From the NCBI GenBank assembly GCA_951406725.2, contig OX597835.1:8928001-8992000 (forward strand): 64,000 nt of DNA. Reading direction: 5' to 3'. The notes beneath the pieces were generated by a model, which was given only the letters and a program-made list of their open reading frames with translations, was not told the DNA's origin and made no database searches. The stretch comes from Octopus vulgaris. Taxonomy: Eukaryota. The number at the start of each line of letters is the position of its first letter. The stretch's first letter is position 1. This document shows positions 42,631 to 56,566 of this stretch, in pieces. The position numbers were made by a program, and so were the translations under genes.

Positions 42631-43078
42631 TATGCATCCTGTGTACGCGTTGGAGTGGGGTTTGTGTGTTATTCGTATTAAAATGAAAAATTGGGAACAA
42701 CAAGTGTGGAAGTCCCATGATATCTTTACATAGCTCTGTCCCTTCAACTTTATATTGTAAATGACTTGCAATCGCCTTTTTCTGAGTAGGTATAATTTTT
42801 CCTCCTGTGTTCTAAAATTATATGACATGAGATTGGAGTATAGTGTTCACAATCGTTGGCCTTTGTGTTCGAATCCTGTGAGGCGGAGGAGTACCTTGTG
42901 CATTGGTGTTTAACTTTTCATTTCTCTCTGTTTCCAGTCCACTAAGCTAAAACTGAGTACCAGCAGGAGGGGAAATGTTTTGCTTCCGAGAGACCAGCGT
43001 TCGATTCAGAGGACAACTTTGTAACCCCAGTCACGTAAACGTCGTCTTTAGATCTTACTCGGGTCGATTTAATTCATA

Positions 43079-43473
43079 CTAGCAGTATCGCCCGGCGTTG
43101 CTCGGGTTTGTAAGGGAAATAACTATAAAGCATTTTTAGAGAGTTATAGCCAAAAAATAGAAAAAAATGGAAAAAAAATGGAAAAAAAATTATGGTAAAT
43201 TTTTTTTTGAGAGTTAAAAAGGTTGAGTTGCGTCCCCTAGACAGTCTATGGTTTGTGTTTCTGATTCTCGACCCCATGTCGAATTTATCGATTTTTTTCA
43301 GAACTGGGGGAACTTTTCAAAATTTTCGCTGCGTTAGTTTTGAATTATGACATTGGGCTATGTGTGTGTCAAGTTTCATCAGAATCGGTTGAAAGCCATG
43401 GTCAGAGTGAGGGTACAAGAAAACAGACACACAGAAACACGCACAGACAAACTGCCGTTTATATAGAGAGAGA
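43079..43473 (-). mobile_element. Non-autonomous Helitron, subfamily H1
   Basis: Minus 5' TCTCTCTCTATATAAACGGC, 3' CCCGAGCAACGCCGGGCGATACTGCTAG, A|T target. Confidence 0.88.
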
Positions 43474-44539
43474 TAAAACCCCAATCAATATTGAGAGAGT
43501 ATTGCATTGGTAAAAGTGTAAACTCTGCAAGCTACGAGTGTGTCAACAGTTGCTTAATTTCCCAATGATATTTAGAATGGTTATAACTGCTTCGAATAAA
43601 TCGATTGTCTTCAATCAGCTAAGATGTTATAGAGATTGCCTCCAAACAGATAATGAAGAAAATTGATTGGGTGACATTTAAATGGTAAATTGCCCATAGA
43701 AAATAATTTTGCTTACTTTAATGATTATCAATTAAACATATACCATTACTCTATATATTCGAGAATGTTAAGCAAATTATTGTTCCTTGATACAAGAAAA
43801 ATTACGTTACTTCTTTTTATTAGAGAGACCGAAAAGAGCAACGGAATCAAAGACTAATTGGATAATCACCAGTATGGGAAATTTCATTATCTTGAGAAAA
43901 GAAATCCGAGGAGAAGAGCGAAAATAATGTAAATAAGCAGACTGGAAAATGAAGTAAAATGTCAAAAATTTACTCTGAAGATACGCAAAATGGGCTTATT
44001 TCCTGGATATTATATTTGATATATATTGTAGAGTGATCAATGCAATAAATAATTAACTAATTTAGAATTATTCTTTTCTTTTTTGGTATAAAACTAGCGT
44101 TTAGAGATCCACACAAAAGAAAGTGAAGTTGTATTTTCTGAAGTCTAATAGCATAATGTTAGAGAGGAGGTGATGAGTTTATTCTGGTGAGATAATTATC
44201 GGAAACAGATGCTTTTGCAGAATTGGTTTTAAATAGTGTGACTTGATCATTTCAGCCTCATCTTTGTGATTAATTTGACATTAGAATACAAAATCGATAC
44301 AATCGATTTTGCTTAGACATCGTAAATGAAACTTTTATCCAGTTTTCGGAATCTTACCTGACCGGATTAGTAAGGTGTTAGTTCATGATGCCAAAGACCT
44401 CTAGCTCGTATCCCTCACGGAGCACAATGATATATCGCAGGCTTTTTATCGAGATACGACAGAATGTACACCAGAAAAGATCCTATTAATAAAGTAATCA
44501 ATCTGCGTAGCCTTTCACACACAAAAGGCCTTTTGCGTT

Positions 44540-44753
44540 GGATGGGTTACTCGACCAGAAGACAATTCTAACTGGGACCCACCTGCAAGGTCATGTGCTG
44601 TTTATCTTGATATGAGATCACCATGCCGCGCACATATGGTTGTGATGCATGTGCCTGGTGTGCCCTTATCAGACGGGTAGTCATGATGGGTATATTGGGC
44701 TTCGTATATTTTACCCCAGTGTCACTTTGATGGCATGCACTGCTCTCTCACTC

Positions 44754-44825
<72 letters not shown>

Positions 44826-44849
44826 AAGAAGAAGGAGGAGGAGGAGAAG
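44540..44849 (+). repeat. Probable retroposon 3' end running into (TAA)n(AAG)n
   Basis: GC-richer block ending CTCTCTCACTC then (AAT)n(AAG)n; single copy, so family assignment is inference. Confidence 0.4.
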
Positions 44850-45250
44850 ATAGCACCAATAATTTTAAAATACATAAGACACTCTCTGAATAAATGGCAG
44901 ACAGTGCTACATCTCCAAACAAAAGAGGGACTTGTGAAAACCAATGCCATCCACATTAGAAGAGGTATATTCCAGGAAGACACGCTCTCTCCATCTTTTT
45001 CTGATTGGCACTGACACATCTAACTGAGATGCTAAATAGAACTGGATGCGGATACAAATGGTACGGCAAAACAATCAGCCACCTTTTCTATACGGATGAC
45101 TGAAACCTATACGCTACAACTGATGAATAGCTGGAAATTCCCATCGACAGTACATGGATTCACCAAAGAAATACATATGAAATTTGGATTAGAAGAATGT
45201 GCCAAAGCAACCCTGAAAAGAGGAAAGCTCGTTAAGAGTAGCAACATCTT
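44850..45250 (+). mobile_element. R4/Dong-like reverse transcriptase fragment
   Basis: WQTVL..IHIRRGIFQEDTLSP..LALTHL..ISHLFYTDD*NLYA..IHMKFGLEECAKATLKRGK, with stops. Confidence 0.85.
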
Positions 45251-45414
45251 TTCCAAAACGGACTAAACCAAACGTTCATATGAAACAACTAGAAACGAAT
45301 ACCATATGTTATTGAATGGCAATATCGCCACTATTTCCTAAAACACATTAGAAAAAAATAAAGACTTCTTAAACCATCACGATAAACGTTAAAGAAAGGT
45401 AATTTTAGAATATG

Positions 45415-45777
45415 TGGAAGCACTCTGTCGGTTACGACGACGAGGGTTCCGGTTGATCCGAATCAACGGAACAGCCTGCTCGTGAAATTAACTGAGCAAT
45501 CCACAGACACGTGTACCCTTAACGTAGTTCTCGGGGATATTCAGCGTGACACAGAGAGTGACGAGGCCGGCCCTTTGAAATACATGTACAACAGAAACAG
45601 GAAGTAAGAGTGAGAGAAAGTTGTGGTGAAAGAGTACAGCAGGGATCACCACCATCGCCTGCCGGAGCTTTAGGTATTTTCGCTCAATAAACACTCACAA
45701 CGCCCGGTCTGGGAATCGAAACCGCGATCCTATGACCGCGAGTCCGCTGCTCTAACCACTGGGCCATTGCGCCTCCA
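45415..45777 (-). mobile_element. SINE family A
   Basis: Reverse complement of family A; TSD TTTAGAATATGT. Confidence 0.92.
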
Positions 45778-47619
45778 CTTTAGAATATGTACGAGCATAT
45801 ATATATATATATTTACTAATAATTATGTGTAATTAAATTTTCAGAACGCGAAATATTATTGTTTTCTAGATTAATTTACGTTAACATTCCTTTCTTATAA
45901 ATGTAAAATTGCCTGAAACTATTAAAGTAAAGAAGGAAATAACATTAAGAAATTAAGTTTGCATTTTCATCAATGGCAATTAAATAGTGGCGAAGAATGC
46001 TCAATGAAATCAAAGAAAAACAAAAGCGATATCTTAAGAAATGGTTCGATCCGTGAGTGACCCAATTGCAATTTCAAACATCGTTCTGCTATGTGTAGTA
46101 GAAAGATTATGGTGAGTTATATCGTCCTCAGTTGCATCTTAACGTTCGGTGGTTGTTGGTGGGCATAATTCGTAACATAATGCAGTGCTGGCTATGGAAT
46201 ATAAACTATAGGCATTGGTATCTGCTTGTTGTGTCTTGTACTAAGACTGGTGCTGTACTAGTATGGACATTCCCTCTCTATATCTTCCCATAGAACTGGC
46301 TGTATTGCCACGTAATATGAAATATTTACTTTATAATTAAAACCATTGCTAGCCTCCTCGTAAATATGCTGCCTGTCGTTTGTAGTCCGAACTTCAGAGA
46401 GTCAACTACAATTATCGGTTCATACAATTGCTTTCCATTTATATAGTGTAATGGTTCGATACATTTGCACATGTCTCTTTTCAAAAGAATGCACACTCCG
46501 GTCTGAACATTCAAAATAACAGATCCACATATAATCAGCGCTTACAAGTACAATAACAACAAGTACATGGCTGATAATACTAAGATTAATAATAATTTAA
46601 TGCCACAGATTTGTATCGGTTCCAATATTGAAACTTCATTTTCTAGACTAATCATCCGTGAAACAATCTCATAGATGTGTCGGTTTCCTTGATCTCCAAA
46701 TCTTCTGCGACATTCAACTAAAGATAGATGGTGTCGACCACTGCCAGATTTGCTTAACGAGACGTGATTTTGTGCTTATGTTACAAGTGTTTGAATATTA
46801 TGTTTATTTTAACTTTGCTTGAATTATCTTCACATCTATTAATACTTCTAAGAAACGAATTAACTGAAGTATAGATATATAAAAAGCAGCATCATTAAAT
46901 TGGTTATTGTTAGCATCGTATAATATAAACTGGTTCTCACAAGGAATTTCTATAGAATTTTTGATTTCCATATCTTAATTCACATTACATTTCTATTTAT
47001 TGTGAGGTACAACAAAGACTAAGAAATAATGAAAAATTTGAAAGGCGAAAATTTATTCGCGAAGATAAGACTCAACATTAGTAATTCCACGGGCCCTGTT
47101 TCAGGGGTCACTGATATTAATTGTATTAGCTTTGACATATCTACGAGAATCTGGAAAACAAAATCGTTCTAGGCAGGAATTCGAAGCCAGTGTATGTCTG
47201 AAATGTTCATTGATGTTTCTATATGCCACTTCTAAATACAAATAGAAGGGAATGTATATAATAATTTGCATGTTCGTTCTCCCGTTAGTTAGAGAGGGGA
47301 GGAGTGTGAATAGAGAAGAAAGACGTGAGGAAGAAGTAGAGAAAGATATATAATAAGGCCAAATGTATCATACGGTTAGTTGAAGGGAGATGTCTGTTAA
47401 TGACGAATATCATATTTATAACATACATTATCAAAATACCAGATATGAGGCGTAATAAAGTATATTAATAGGAATCAAGAATTTGCGTAAGAATATATTC
47501 TGGATGTTGTCAGTGAAATATAAAGTTGACTTCAGGCAAAAAATTAGTTTTGAAAGATTCAACATTTTACCGGCTAAATACTTTGCAATTCATCTGTAAA
47601 AAGCAACGCCCATTCTAAT

Positions 47620-47790
47620 TATCATCATTATTATTATTATTATTGTTGTTGTTGTTGTTGGTGTTGTTGTTGTTGTTGTTGCTGTTGTTGTTGTCATCGT
47701 CGTCGTTATTACTATTACGTCAACGTCTACGTAGTAGTAGTTGTCGCAGCAGTATTAGTAGTAGTTACAGTTGTAGTAGAAGTAGTAGTA

Positions 47791-47840
<50 letters not shown>

Positions 47841-47867
47841 CATATATATATACATATGTATATATAC

Positions 47868-47924
<57 letters not shown>

Positions 47925-47965
47925 CGTATACTTAAATGTAGATACATACGTTGCATACACACACG

Positions 47966-47999
<34 letters not shown>

Positions 48000-48028
48000 A
48001 ACATACACACATGCATACGATGTACATT

Positions 48029-48074
<46 letters not shown>

Positions 48075-48087
48075 AACAAACACACAC
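47620..48087. repeat. Compound (TTA)(TTG)(TAG)(TA)(CA) microsatellite
   Basis: Directly visible. Confidence 0.9.
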
Positions 48088-48580
48088 ATCATTATTTCAA
48101 AATGTACTTTACCTCGTATGTGAAAGGCTACGCAGATTGATTACTTTATTAGACTGATTTTACATTTTAGCTTTATTTTCTACCTAATCCAGTACTGTTT
48201 ACATAGTTGAATGTTATTTGCATCTAGGCCACTCATATTTTCGATTTTTTCCTGTAGAAATCGCTGCTAGAATCATGCAAACAGGATTAAGTTACATCAA
48301 GTGGATTTTGTTATTGCTTGAGAGATGAATTTTAAATTTCAAATCAAGAAAGTAAAATATTAAAAAAGCAAAATTAAATGTTTTAGTTTACAAAATACCA
48401 AAACAGCCATTCTCACACATACATACATGCATATATGTCAGTTGGCTTTAGCATTCATATCAGCGGGTGTCTATGCAATCACATATTTACGCATTTGAAT
48501 ATATGCACATGTACATACCTTTTTATGCATGTGTATACCTATATGTACATATATATATGTGTATGTATATTATATACGTA

Positions 48581-48619
<39 letters not shown>

Positions 48620-49033
48620 ATACATATGTATATATGAAGGTATACGCGCCTATATACACAATTTCCAGCATAATTATGTTATAACTTTTTTTTAAAATTG
48701 CAATTTCTTTTCATAAACGAGTAATAATTTTTGTAGAATTACAGAGTTATTTGCTTTATAACACTTTCATTTACGTTGACTAGACGCTTCTTGGAGCTTT
48801 TCGTATCCGTATAATCGATAAGACATATACAAGACGTAAAACAAAAAAACGCTCTGTTTGGAATATTGGAATAGATATAATAAACAAGTCATCAATTGTT
48901 TTATAAAATCTGTAAAAACCATAGAAAAGCATTTCGTTCATAAAGGAGATTGTTCTCTCCGCATTCCTGGTTCAAATTGCTTTCAGCTTTACTATTGAAA
49001 ACTGATCTTTAGAAACGGCGTGTCCGTTTTATA

Positions 49034-49432
49034 TCTTTATATATAAAAGTGAGGTTGTGTGCTGTCTGTCTCCTACGATTTAGATTCCTAACTACTCCCA
49101 CATTTTGCGGTGCAGTTTAACCAAAAGCGGGTATCTTATAGTCGTGATTCATATCGAGCCCTTCTGGGTATTAGCGCGCGTCTACGATGAGTCTATGATT
49201 AAAAAAAACCCATCATTTCTTTTCCATTTTAATGCATTTTGTTCGTTATTATATAAGGGAAGTAACTATCTAAAAATGTCTACGATGAGGCAACGATTTT
49301 TAAAAACAGTTACCATCATTTTTGTTCCATTTTTAATGCATTTTATTTGCTATTGTGTGGCTATAAGTCTCTAAAAATGCTTATATAATTATTTCCCTTA
49401 CCACCCCGAGCAACGCCGGGCGATACTGCTAG
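49034..49432 (+). mobile_element. Non-autonomous Helitron, subfamily H2
   Basis: A|TCTTTATATATAAAAGTG start, CCCGAGCAACGCCGGGCGATACTGCTAG|T end. Confidence 0.88.
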
Positions 49433-49748
49433 TCTTATATAAACGCCTTTGCCGCAGTTCGGCTCTATTCCACAGACGAGATCTCTGGAGTAAGTCTTAA
49501 GTTATTGTTAAAACACTTCATTTAAATTTTCTCCAACATTTTAAAGAGAGTGCAATAAACTCCACAAGATTCTATACACTTTACAATCAAAAGTATTAGG
49601 TTTAAGAAATACAATTCGTAATTCTTCTTGTGATACAAAAATAGGTTTGTATCGTTTCGATAAACAATGTAATAAAATTGTTTTCAATTACAATAAAGTG
49701 CGTCAGTGCCTGTAACAATATACATAGATTTTGTAACATTATACAAAG

Positions 49749-50106
49749 TGGAGGCGCAATGGCCCAGTGTTTAGGGCAGCGGACTCGCGGTCATAGGATC
49801 GCGGTTTCGATTCCCTGACCGGGCGTTGTGTGTGTTTATTGAGCGAAAACACCTAAAGCTACACGAGGTTCCGGCAGGGGATGGTGGTGATCCCTGCTGT
49901 ACTCTTTCTCTCACTCTTACTTCCTGTTTCTGTTGTACCTGTATTTCAAAGGGCCGGCCTTGTCACTCTCTGTGTCACGCTGAATATCCCCGAGTACACG
50001 TGTCTGTGGAGTGCTCAGCCAATTACACGTTAATTTCACGAGCAGGCTGTTGCGTTGATTTGGATCAACCGGAACTCTCGTCGTCCTAACCGACGGAGTG
50101 CTTCCA
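49749..50106 (+). mobile_element. SINE family A (two small deletions)
   Basis: Family A sequence; TSD ATACATAGATTTT offset from the 5' end. Confidence 0.92.
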
Positions 50107-50687
50107 TACATAGATTTTAGTTTCGTGGAAGGAACTGGTAATATCATATATTAGCAGAATCCATAATTCTACTGAACTTCTATATACATTTTTAAGATTT
50201 CAAGAAATTTATAATGACGCTTGGTAAACTTACCAACATATAATATGGCCACTAGATCAATCCTGGGCATCACCTGAGCAAGGGTATCCTACCATAGCAT
50301 TTTAGAGAATGCAGTAGAAGCACAAGCTCCTTTCAACCAAAATTGCTAGCCTAGTGCAAACATTTGAAATGATTAGTCAATAAACAAAGTCCTAAGGTAC
50401 CACGTGTAAGATTCTTAGCAGTATTTATATTTACAAAATCAAATTTACTATTCACCTTTGTACGGTGACCCTAATCCTATCCCTAACCCTAACCCGTGAA
50501 GTACTTTGGCTCACGTAATTGACTGTCACATCGCTAGTGTTGCGCAAATTAGAAATATATTTTGAATATATAACATCGATACACAAAATGCTACAATGCA
50601 TACACGCGCAAGGGAGTTTAAAATCATATTTATATATATGTATGTTATATGTGTGTATATATTATATAAATATATATACATGTATAT

Positions 50688-50745
<58 letters not shown>

Positions 50746-50748
<3 letters not shown>

Positions 50749-50905
50749 CGCAGGAGTGGCTGTGTGGTAAGTATGCTAACCAACCACCTGGTTCCGGGTT
50801 CAGTCCCACTGCGTGGCACCTTGGGCAAGTGTCTTCTACTATAGCTCCGGGCCGACCAATGCCTTGTGAGTGGATTTGGTAGACGGAAACTGAAAGAAGC
50901 CCGTC

Positions 50906-50949
<44 letters not shown>

Positions 50950-51160
50950 GTGTGTGTGTGTCTGTGTTTGTCCCCCTAGCATAGCTTGACAACCGATGCT
51001 GGTGTGTTTACGTCCCCGTAACTTAGCGGTTCGGCAAAAGAGACCGATAGAATAAGTACTGCTTACAAAAATAAGTCCCGGGGTCGATTTGCTCGGCTAA
51101 AAAGGCGGTGCTCAGCATGGCCGCAGTCAAATGACTGAAACAAATAAAAGAGTAAAAGAG
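50746..51160 (+). mobile_element. SINE family B, full length
   Basis: AGGCGCAGGAGTGGCTGTGTGG head to (AGTAAAAG)n tail; follows a (TA)n tract. Confidence 0.92.
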
Positions 51161-51525
51161 TATATAAAGATATCGTGTGCATTAAAACACATTAAGAGGC
51201 TTCCGAATTTGTTCGAGGTTTAGACTGCATCTGTGCAGAGGATTTGAAAAGTTAGAATATACAAACAATGAGATTAGATACGAAATCGATCTCGTTGTGC
51301 GCATATTTAAAATCTAAAGGCTACCTACTGATGAAGACTGGCCTCACTAAAACTTTTTTTTACTGAAATAGGAACTAAATTAGATGGTAAATGTTTTTAT
51401 TTTTCATTCCCTTCGAGAATATATCCCTAATTAGTGGTTTGAATTTTTAACTGTTCTTTCTAGCGGAAGGCGTTTCTATGATGGAAGGCTCTTAATGTGT
51501 TTTAATGTACACGATATCTTATATA
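51161..51525. mobile_element. MITE-like or fold-back element with ~40 bp terminal inverted repeats
   Basis: AAGATATCGTGTGCATTAAAACACATTAAGAGGCTTCC versus GGAAGGCTCTTAATGTGTTTTAATGTACACGATATCTT, TATA outside both. Confidence 0.7.
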
Positions 51526-51533
51526 AATAATTA

Positions 51534-51763
51534 AGGCGGCGAGCTAGCAGAATCGTTAGCACGCCGGCCGGAATGCCTAGCGGTATTTCGTCTGCTGTTA
51601 CGTTCTGAGTTCAAATTCTGCCGAGGTCGACTTTGCCTTTTATCCTTTCGGGGTCGATAAATTAAGTACCAATCACACACTGGGGTCGATACAATCGACT
51701 TAATCCGTTTGTCTGTCCTTGTTTGTCCCCTCTGTGTTTAGCCCCTTGTGGGTAGTAAAGAAA
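51534..51763 (+). mobile_element. SINE family C, full length (tail type 1)
   Basis: Matches 37131-37360; TSD GATATCTTATATAAATAAT. Confidence 0.92.
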
Positions 51764-51927
51764 CAGATATCTTATATAAATAATATATAGTCTATTAAAT
51801 AAAGTTTTTTTGCGCTAGGCCACTGGTAATAAAAATTTCTATTATTCTTATTTCCCTAATATTATATATATATACATCTGTATATATAGATGTATATATA
51901 TACATATACATTTGTGCCGATGTATAC

Positions 51928-51966
<39 letters not shown>

Positions 51967-51969
51967 CAT

Positions 51970-52031
<62 letters not shown>

Positions 52032-52194
52032 GTATGTTTGTATATATGTGAGATAATAGTTTACTTTAATAGTTTCAGTATGAAGGTGAAACTATAAAAG
52101 TGAAAGTATCTGACATTACAATAGAGAGATGTTATTGTTTCACTTTTGACACGTAGTAATGAAATAGTTGAGAATATATGATATTGCTGAGGGC

Positions 52195-52358
52195 TCGCAC
52201 TAGGCAGGAAGTTAAAACAAATTTTGGCCTATGACACTACACGTACACTAAGTAAGGCATGTGTAAAATTTGAATGAAACTGGTTGTGTAGTTCTGAAGA
52301 TTTAGGGATTCACACAGATACACAAGCTGGCAGTCAGACACACATTCTTATATATAGA
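52195..52358 (-). mobile_element. Possible Helitron 5' remnant (third family)
   Basis: Minus start TCTATATATAAGAATGTGTGTCTG and layout parallel to H1; no hairpin/CTAG end found. Confidence 0.4.
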
Positions 52359-52363
52359 TATAT

Positions 52364-52496
<133 letters not shown>

Positions 52497-52497
52497 C

Positions 52498-52565
<68 letters not shown>

Positions 52566-53192
52566 TAGAGCCACATATACATACATGTACGTATGTATGC
52601 ATGCATACCCATTCCTTTGCATTTATTAATACATAGATTGAATTGTAGTTAATTACTTTCAAACAGAGACAAATATATTACAATATCGTTTCCTGTTAAA
52701 CGCACATTTCGCGCGTACAATATCACATAGTCGAAGACAATTGATAGTAATATAGCTTCCGAAGTAGCTACACTGTGATAAGAAATATAATTAACAAAAT
52801 TTAGAGGAATCCAGGCGTTGACTAACGTAATTAACTCTGCGTTACACTAAATTCTTTGAAATGTAATTATTTTTGCTGTATGAGCACTGACAAATAACAA
52901 ACAGTATTGCGCTCTAAAGAAAATTATTATCCAATAATAGCAGTTTTTGTTAAAAGTGCAGCTCTTTAGAAACGTGATTTTTGGAGAGAGTTTTCTTCAG
53001 GCAAGTTCCAATAATAGAGAAATGGTAAATATTTGTTTCCTCTATTAACACTATAGATACCGGTCTAAACAAATGAAATACATGAGGAAGCGTAACGAAA
53101 TATTTTATTATGAATCCCATTTCACTGGCATGCGTGCACGACATTGAGTATCATGATTAATGGAATCAGAACCCATTGATACTCTCGCTTAG

Positions 53193-53622
53193 CTCTTTAC
53201 TCTTTTTTCTCTTATACTTGTTTCAGTCATTTGACTGCGGCCATGCTGGAGCACCGCCTTTAGTCGAGCAAATCGACCCCGGGACTTATTTTTTTGTAAG
53301 CCCAGTACTTATTCTATCGGTCCCTTTTGCCGAATCGCTAAGTGACGGGGACGTAAACACGCCAGCATCGGTTGTCAAGCGATGTTGAGGAGGGGGGGGA
53401 CAAACACAGACACACATACACATACACATATGTATATATATAAATATATATATACATATATACGACAGGCTTCTTTCAGTTTCCGTCTACCAAATCCACT
53501 CACAAGGCATTGGTCGGCCCGGGGCTATAGCAGAAGACACTTGCCCAAGATGCCATGCAGTGGGACTGAACCCGGAACCATGTCGTTGGTTAGCAAACTA
53601 CTTACCACACAGCCACTCCTGC
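53193..53622 (-). mobile_element. SINE family B
   Basis: Matches 36201-36647. Confidence 0.92.
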
Positions 53623-54501
53623 TGTTGATTTAATTCATAGAAATTATATCATCTTACTTCAACACACCTTGATAGCAGCCGGCAATTATCTCTAATATTT
53701 CGTCTCAATAATCAGTCTGTGTCATTATCAAATTCCGTGTAATCTAAATTTTAACTGCCAATTTAATTTTTATACAAGTAGAATTGTGTTTTTCCTTTTT
53801 TTTTTGGGGGGGGGTTGTGTTCAGTTTCCGATTTCTCACACCTAGGTTTCTCACTTTCGAAAAGATGCAATTCCATCAAATTGGGTTGGAAGATTTTAAT
53901 AAAATTCGGTCAAACTGTATCGGAAGGTTTGGATGAGGTTCTACACATAAAGAACCGTGTTAAAATATAGCATTTTGTGATAAGGTCTTTTAAATTGGTT
54001 TATGCGAAATAAAAATGCATTGAATAAATAAATGCTATAAAATTATTATATGGCAGACGATTGTCATGAGACAATGTTGAAACCGATTCGGAAATACTTG
54101 AACTAAATATTATAAATACTGAGAAGACTCTTATAGAATCCATAAATTATGTTTTTTTCGCTGTCATAAGCTTTTAATTCATTCATTGGTAGAAATTAAC
54201 TGACCAGTCGTCAAATATCACTGACGTTGTACAGATTATCAAAAGTGGTTACAATGTATCACGAATTTCATATTGCAAGGAGAACCGTTTACTTTTTGAA
54301 CGTGGTTATTCTGTGGAGAATGGTGTTATTACTTTACACTATCAATGCAGGAAAGTGAAATCCCAAATTGTTTACTGCAAGATCGGAGTGAACGATGTTG
54401 TGTGAAATTAAATTCTCTGTTATTTGTTCTGGTATCCTTGCGTCCGTGTACCACAATATTCTGTTCTGGAGGAAATATAAGATGAGAGAAAAGAACACTA
54501 T

Positions 54502-54733
54502 ACTCTTTTACTCTCTATTACTCTTTTACTTGTTTCAGTCATTTGACTGCGGCCATGCTGGAGCACCACCTTTAGTCGAGTAAATCGACCCCGGGACTTA
54601 TTCTTTGTAAGCCCAGTACTTATTCTATCAGTCTCTTTTGCTGAACCGCTAAGTGACGGGAACGTAAGCACACCAGCATCGGTTGTCAAGCAATGCTAGG
54701 GGGACAAACACAAACACACAAACACACACACAG

Positions 54734-54782
<49 letters not shown>

Positions 54783-54949
54783 TACGACAGGCTTCTTTCA
54801 GTTTCCGTCTACCAAATCCACTCACAAAGGCATTGGTCGGCCCGGGGCTATAGCAGAAGACACTTGCCCAAGATACCACGCAGTGGGACTGAACCCGGAA
54901 CCATGTGGTTGGTTAGCAAGCTACTTACCACACAGCCACTCCTGCGCCT
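54502..54949 (-). mobile_element. SINE family B, full length
   Basis: Matches 36201-36647. Confidence 0.92.
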
Positions 54950-55846
54950 ATGCATGTAAAAGGAACAAATGCAGGGGCACATCGCATTTCACCTTCTATG
55001 GCTTTGTATCTTTCCACCACGAATAACTAGATAAAGACCAACATCATAAATAACTACGCACATCATTAATAACTTATACAATAACAATTGCTAAACTTGG
55101 ACTGATATCAGTAACGAAATCTTCGCCAAGATCAGTAGAAAAAGCGGCAACAAATAATATACGAGATGATAATCTAAAATGGCATGAGCAAAATTTAATA
55201 ACGAATAACGAAAACTGTTTAACTACGGCGATAAAAACACAACAAAAACTCTACCAAATTTAATAAGAGGAACACATCAATATTTGACTTCCGTTTTGCT
55301 AAAGCATTGTTTTAAAATGCTTGGTTAGCTGATTATTCACTTTCAGATACTTCAGTAATTAAATCTCGTGTATTGTATTATTACTTGGCTGGAAATACGT
55401 GAAGATATTAAATTCGAATCTTTTAATCAAAACAATGTTATTACATTAAAACCATCAATTATGCAATTACTAGTCATGTCGCTGTATTTTGCGAGTAATC
55501 GGTCAAGTTCATTTGCTATGAAATATAAGACCAGAATATTATATTGTCGAGGATAGAGTATCAAGTGAATGAATCTGAATTTCCAGTTTAATCCGGGTAT
55601 AATAACGTACGAAAATAGAAAAAGAAATAAAATTCCATGTAGAACATAATAACTGGACGGATCAACGGAAAAAAAGTTTTCATCTTCTTGACGTGCGTCT
55701 CGGGTAAATGAGCTTAGCAACAGCAAACCTTGTGAATAATTTTGACGTGGACAGGAAATTGAAGTTATAGTAACAAAGAGAGACAAGCGAACATAGAATT
55801 GAATCATTCCGGTAGAGACGAGTATTGAATCATTCCGGTAGAGACG

Positions 55847-56165
55847 AGCCCAGTACTTATTCTATCAGTCTCTTTTGCTGAACCGCTAAGTGACGGGAAC
55901 GTAAGCACACCAGCATCGGTTGTCAAGCAATGCTAGGGGGACAAACACAAACACACAAACACACACACAGACACATATATATATATATATACATATATAC
56001 GACAGGCTTCTTTCAGTTTCCGTCTACCAAATCCACTCACAAGGCATTGGTCGGCCCGGGGCTATAGCAGATGACACACTTGCCCAAGATGCCACGCAGT
56101 GGGACTGAATTCGGAACCATGTGGTTGGTTAGCAAGCTACTTACCACACAGCCACTCCTGCGCCT
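55847..56165 (-). mobile_element. SINE family B lacking its 3' tail; apparent local copy of 54610-54957
   Basis: Shares private variants and flank ATGCATGT with the copy 1.2 kb upstream. Confidence 0.9.
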
Positions 56166-56566
56166 ATGCATGTGCTCTTACAACAAGACTTTTTGACAAA
56201 TCAATATGCACTGACCCAGAGAGACCTGATGGTAGACCTAGTACGCTGCGCAGACAACAGATAATAACTACGGCGTCTTACAGTGAGTATTACATTACCC
56301 AAGTGTTTATGGATAGACTTTTTCAGCCGCGTAAAGCTACAGTTTTGTAAATCACTAATTATTTGTTCAGGTAAAAATCAAAATCATTTATCCCTAATTA
56401 GCAACCCGTATAAAATATAACCATAATCAATGAGGAAACAGAATATATCTATAACTGGATGTGTAAATCTTCATATTTGCAATAAATGTATATAAATACC
56501 CATTCGGGCCACTAAATATGTACAAGGAAATATAGTTCTTTTGCATAAGATATCATGAATATTAAA

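Noticed and set aside
51328-51355. CTGATGA motif as a second hammerhead (also 3822 plus and 17011 minus)
   Set aside because: No stem II followed by a correctly placed GAAA.
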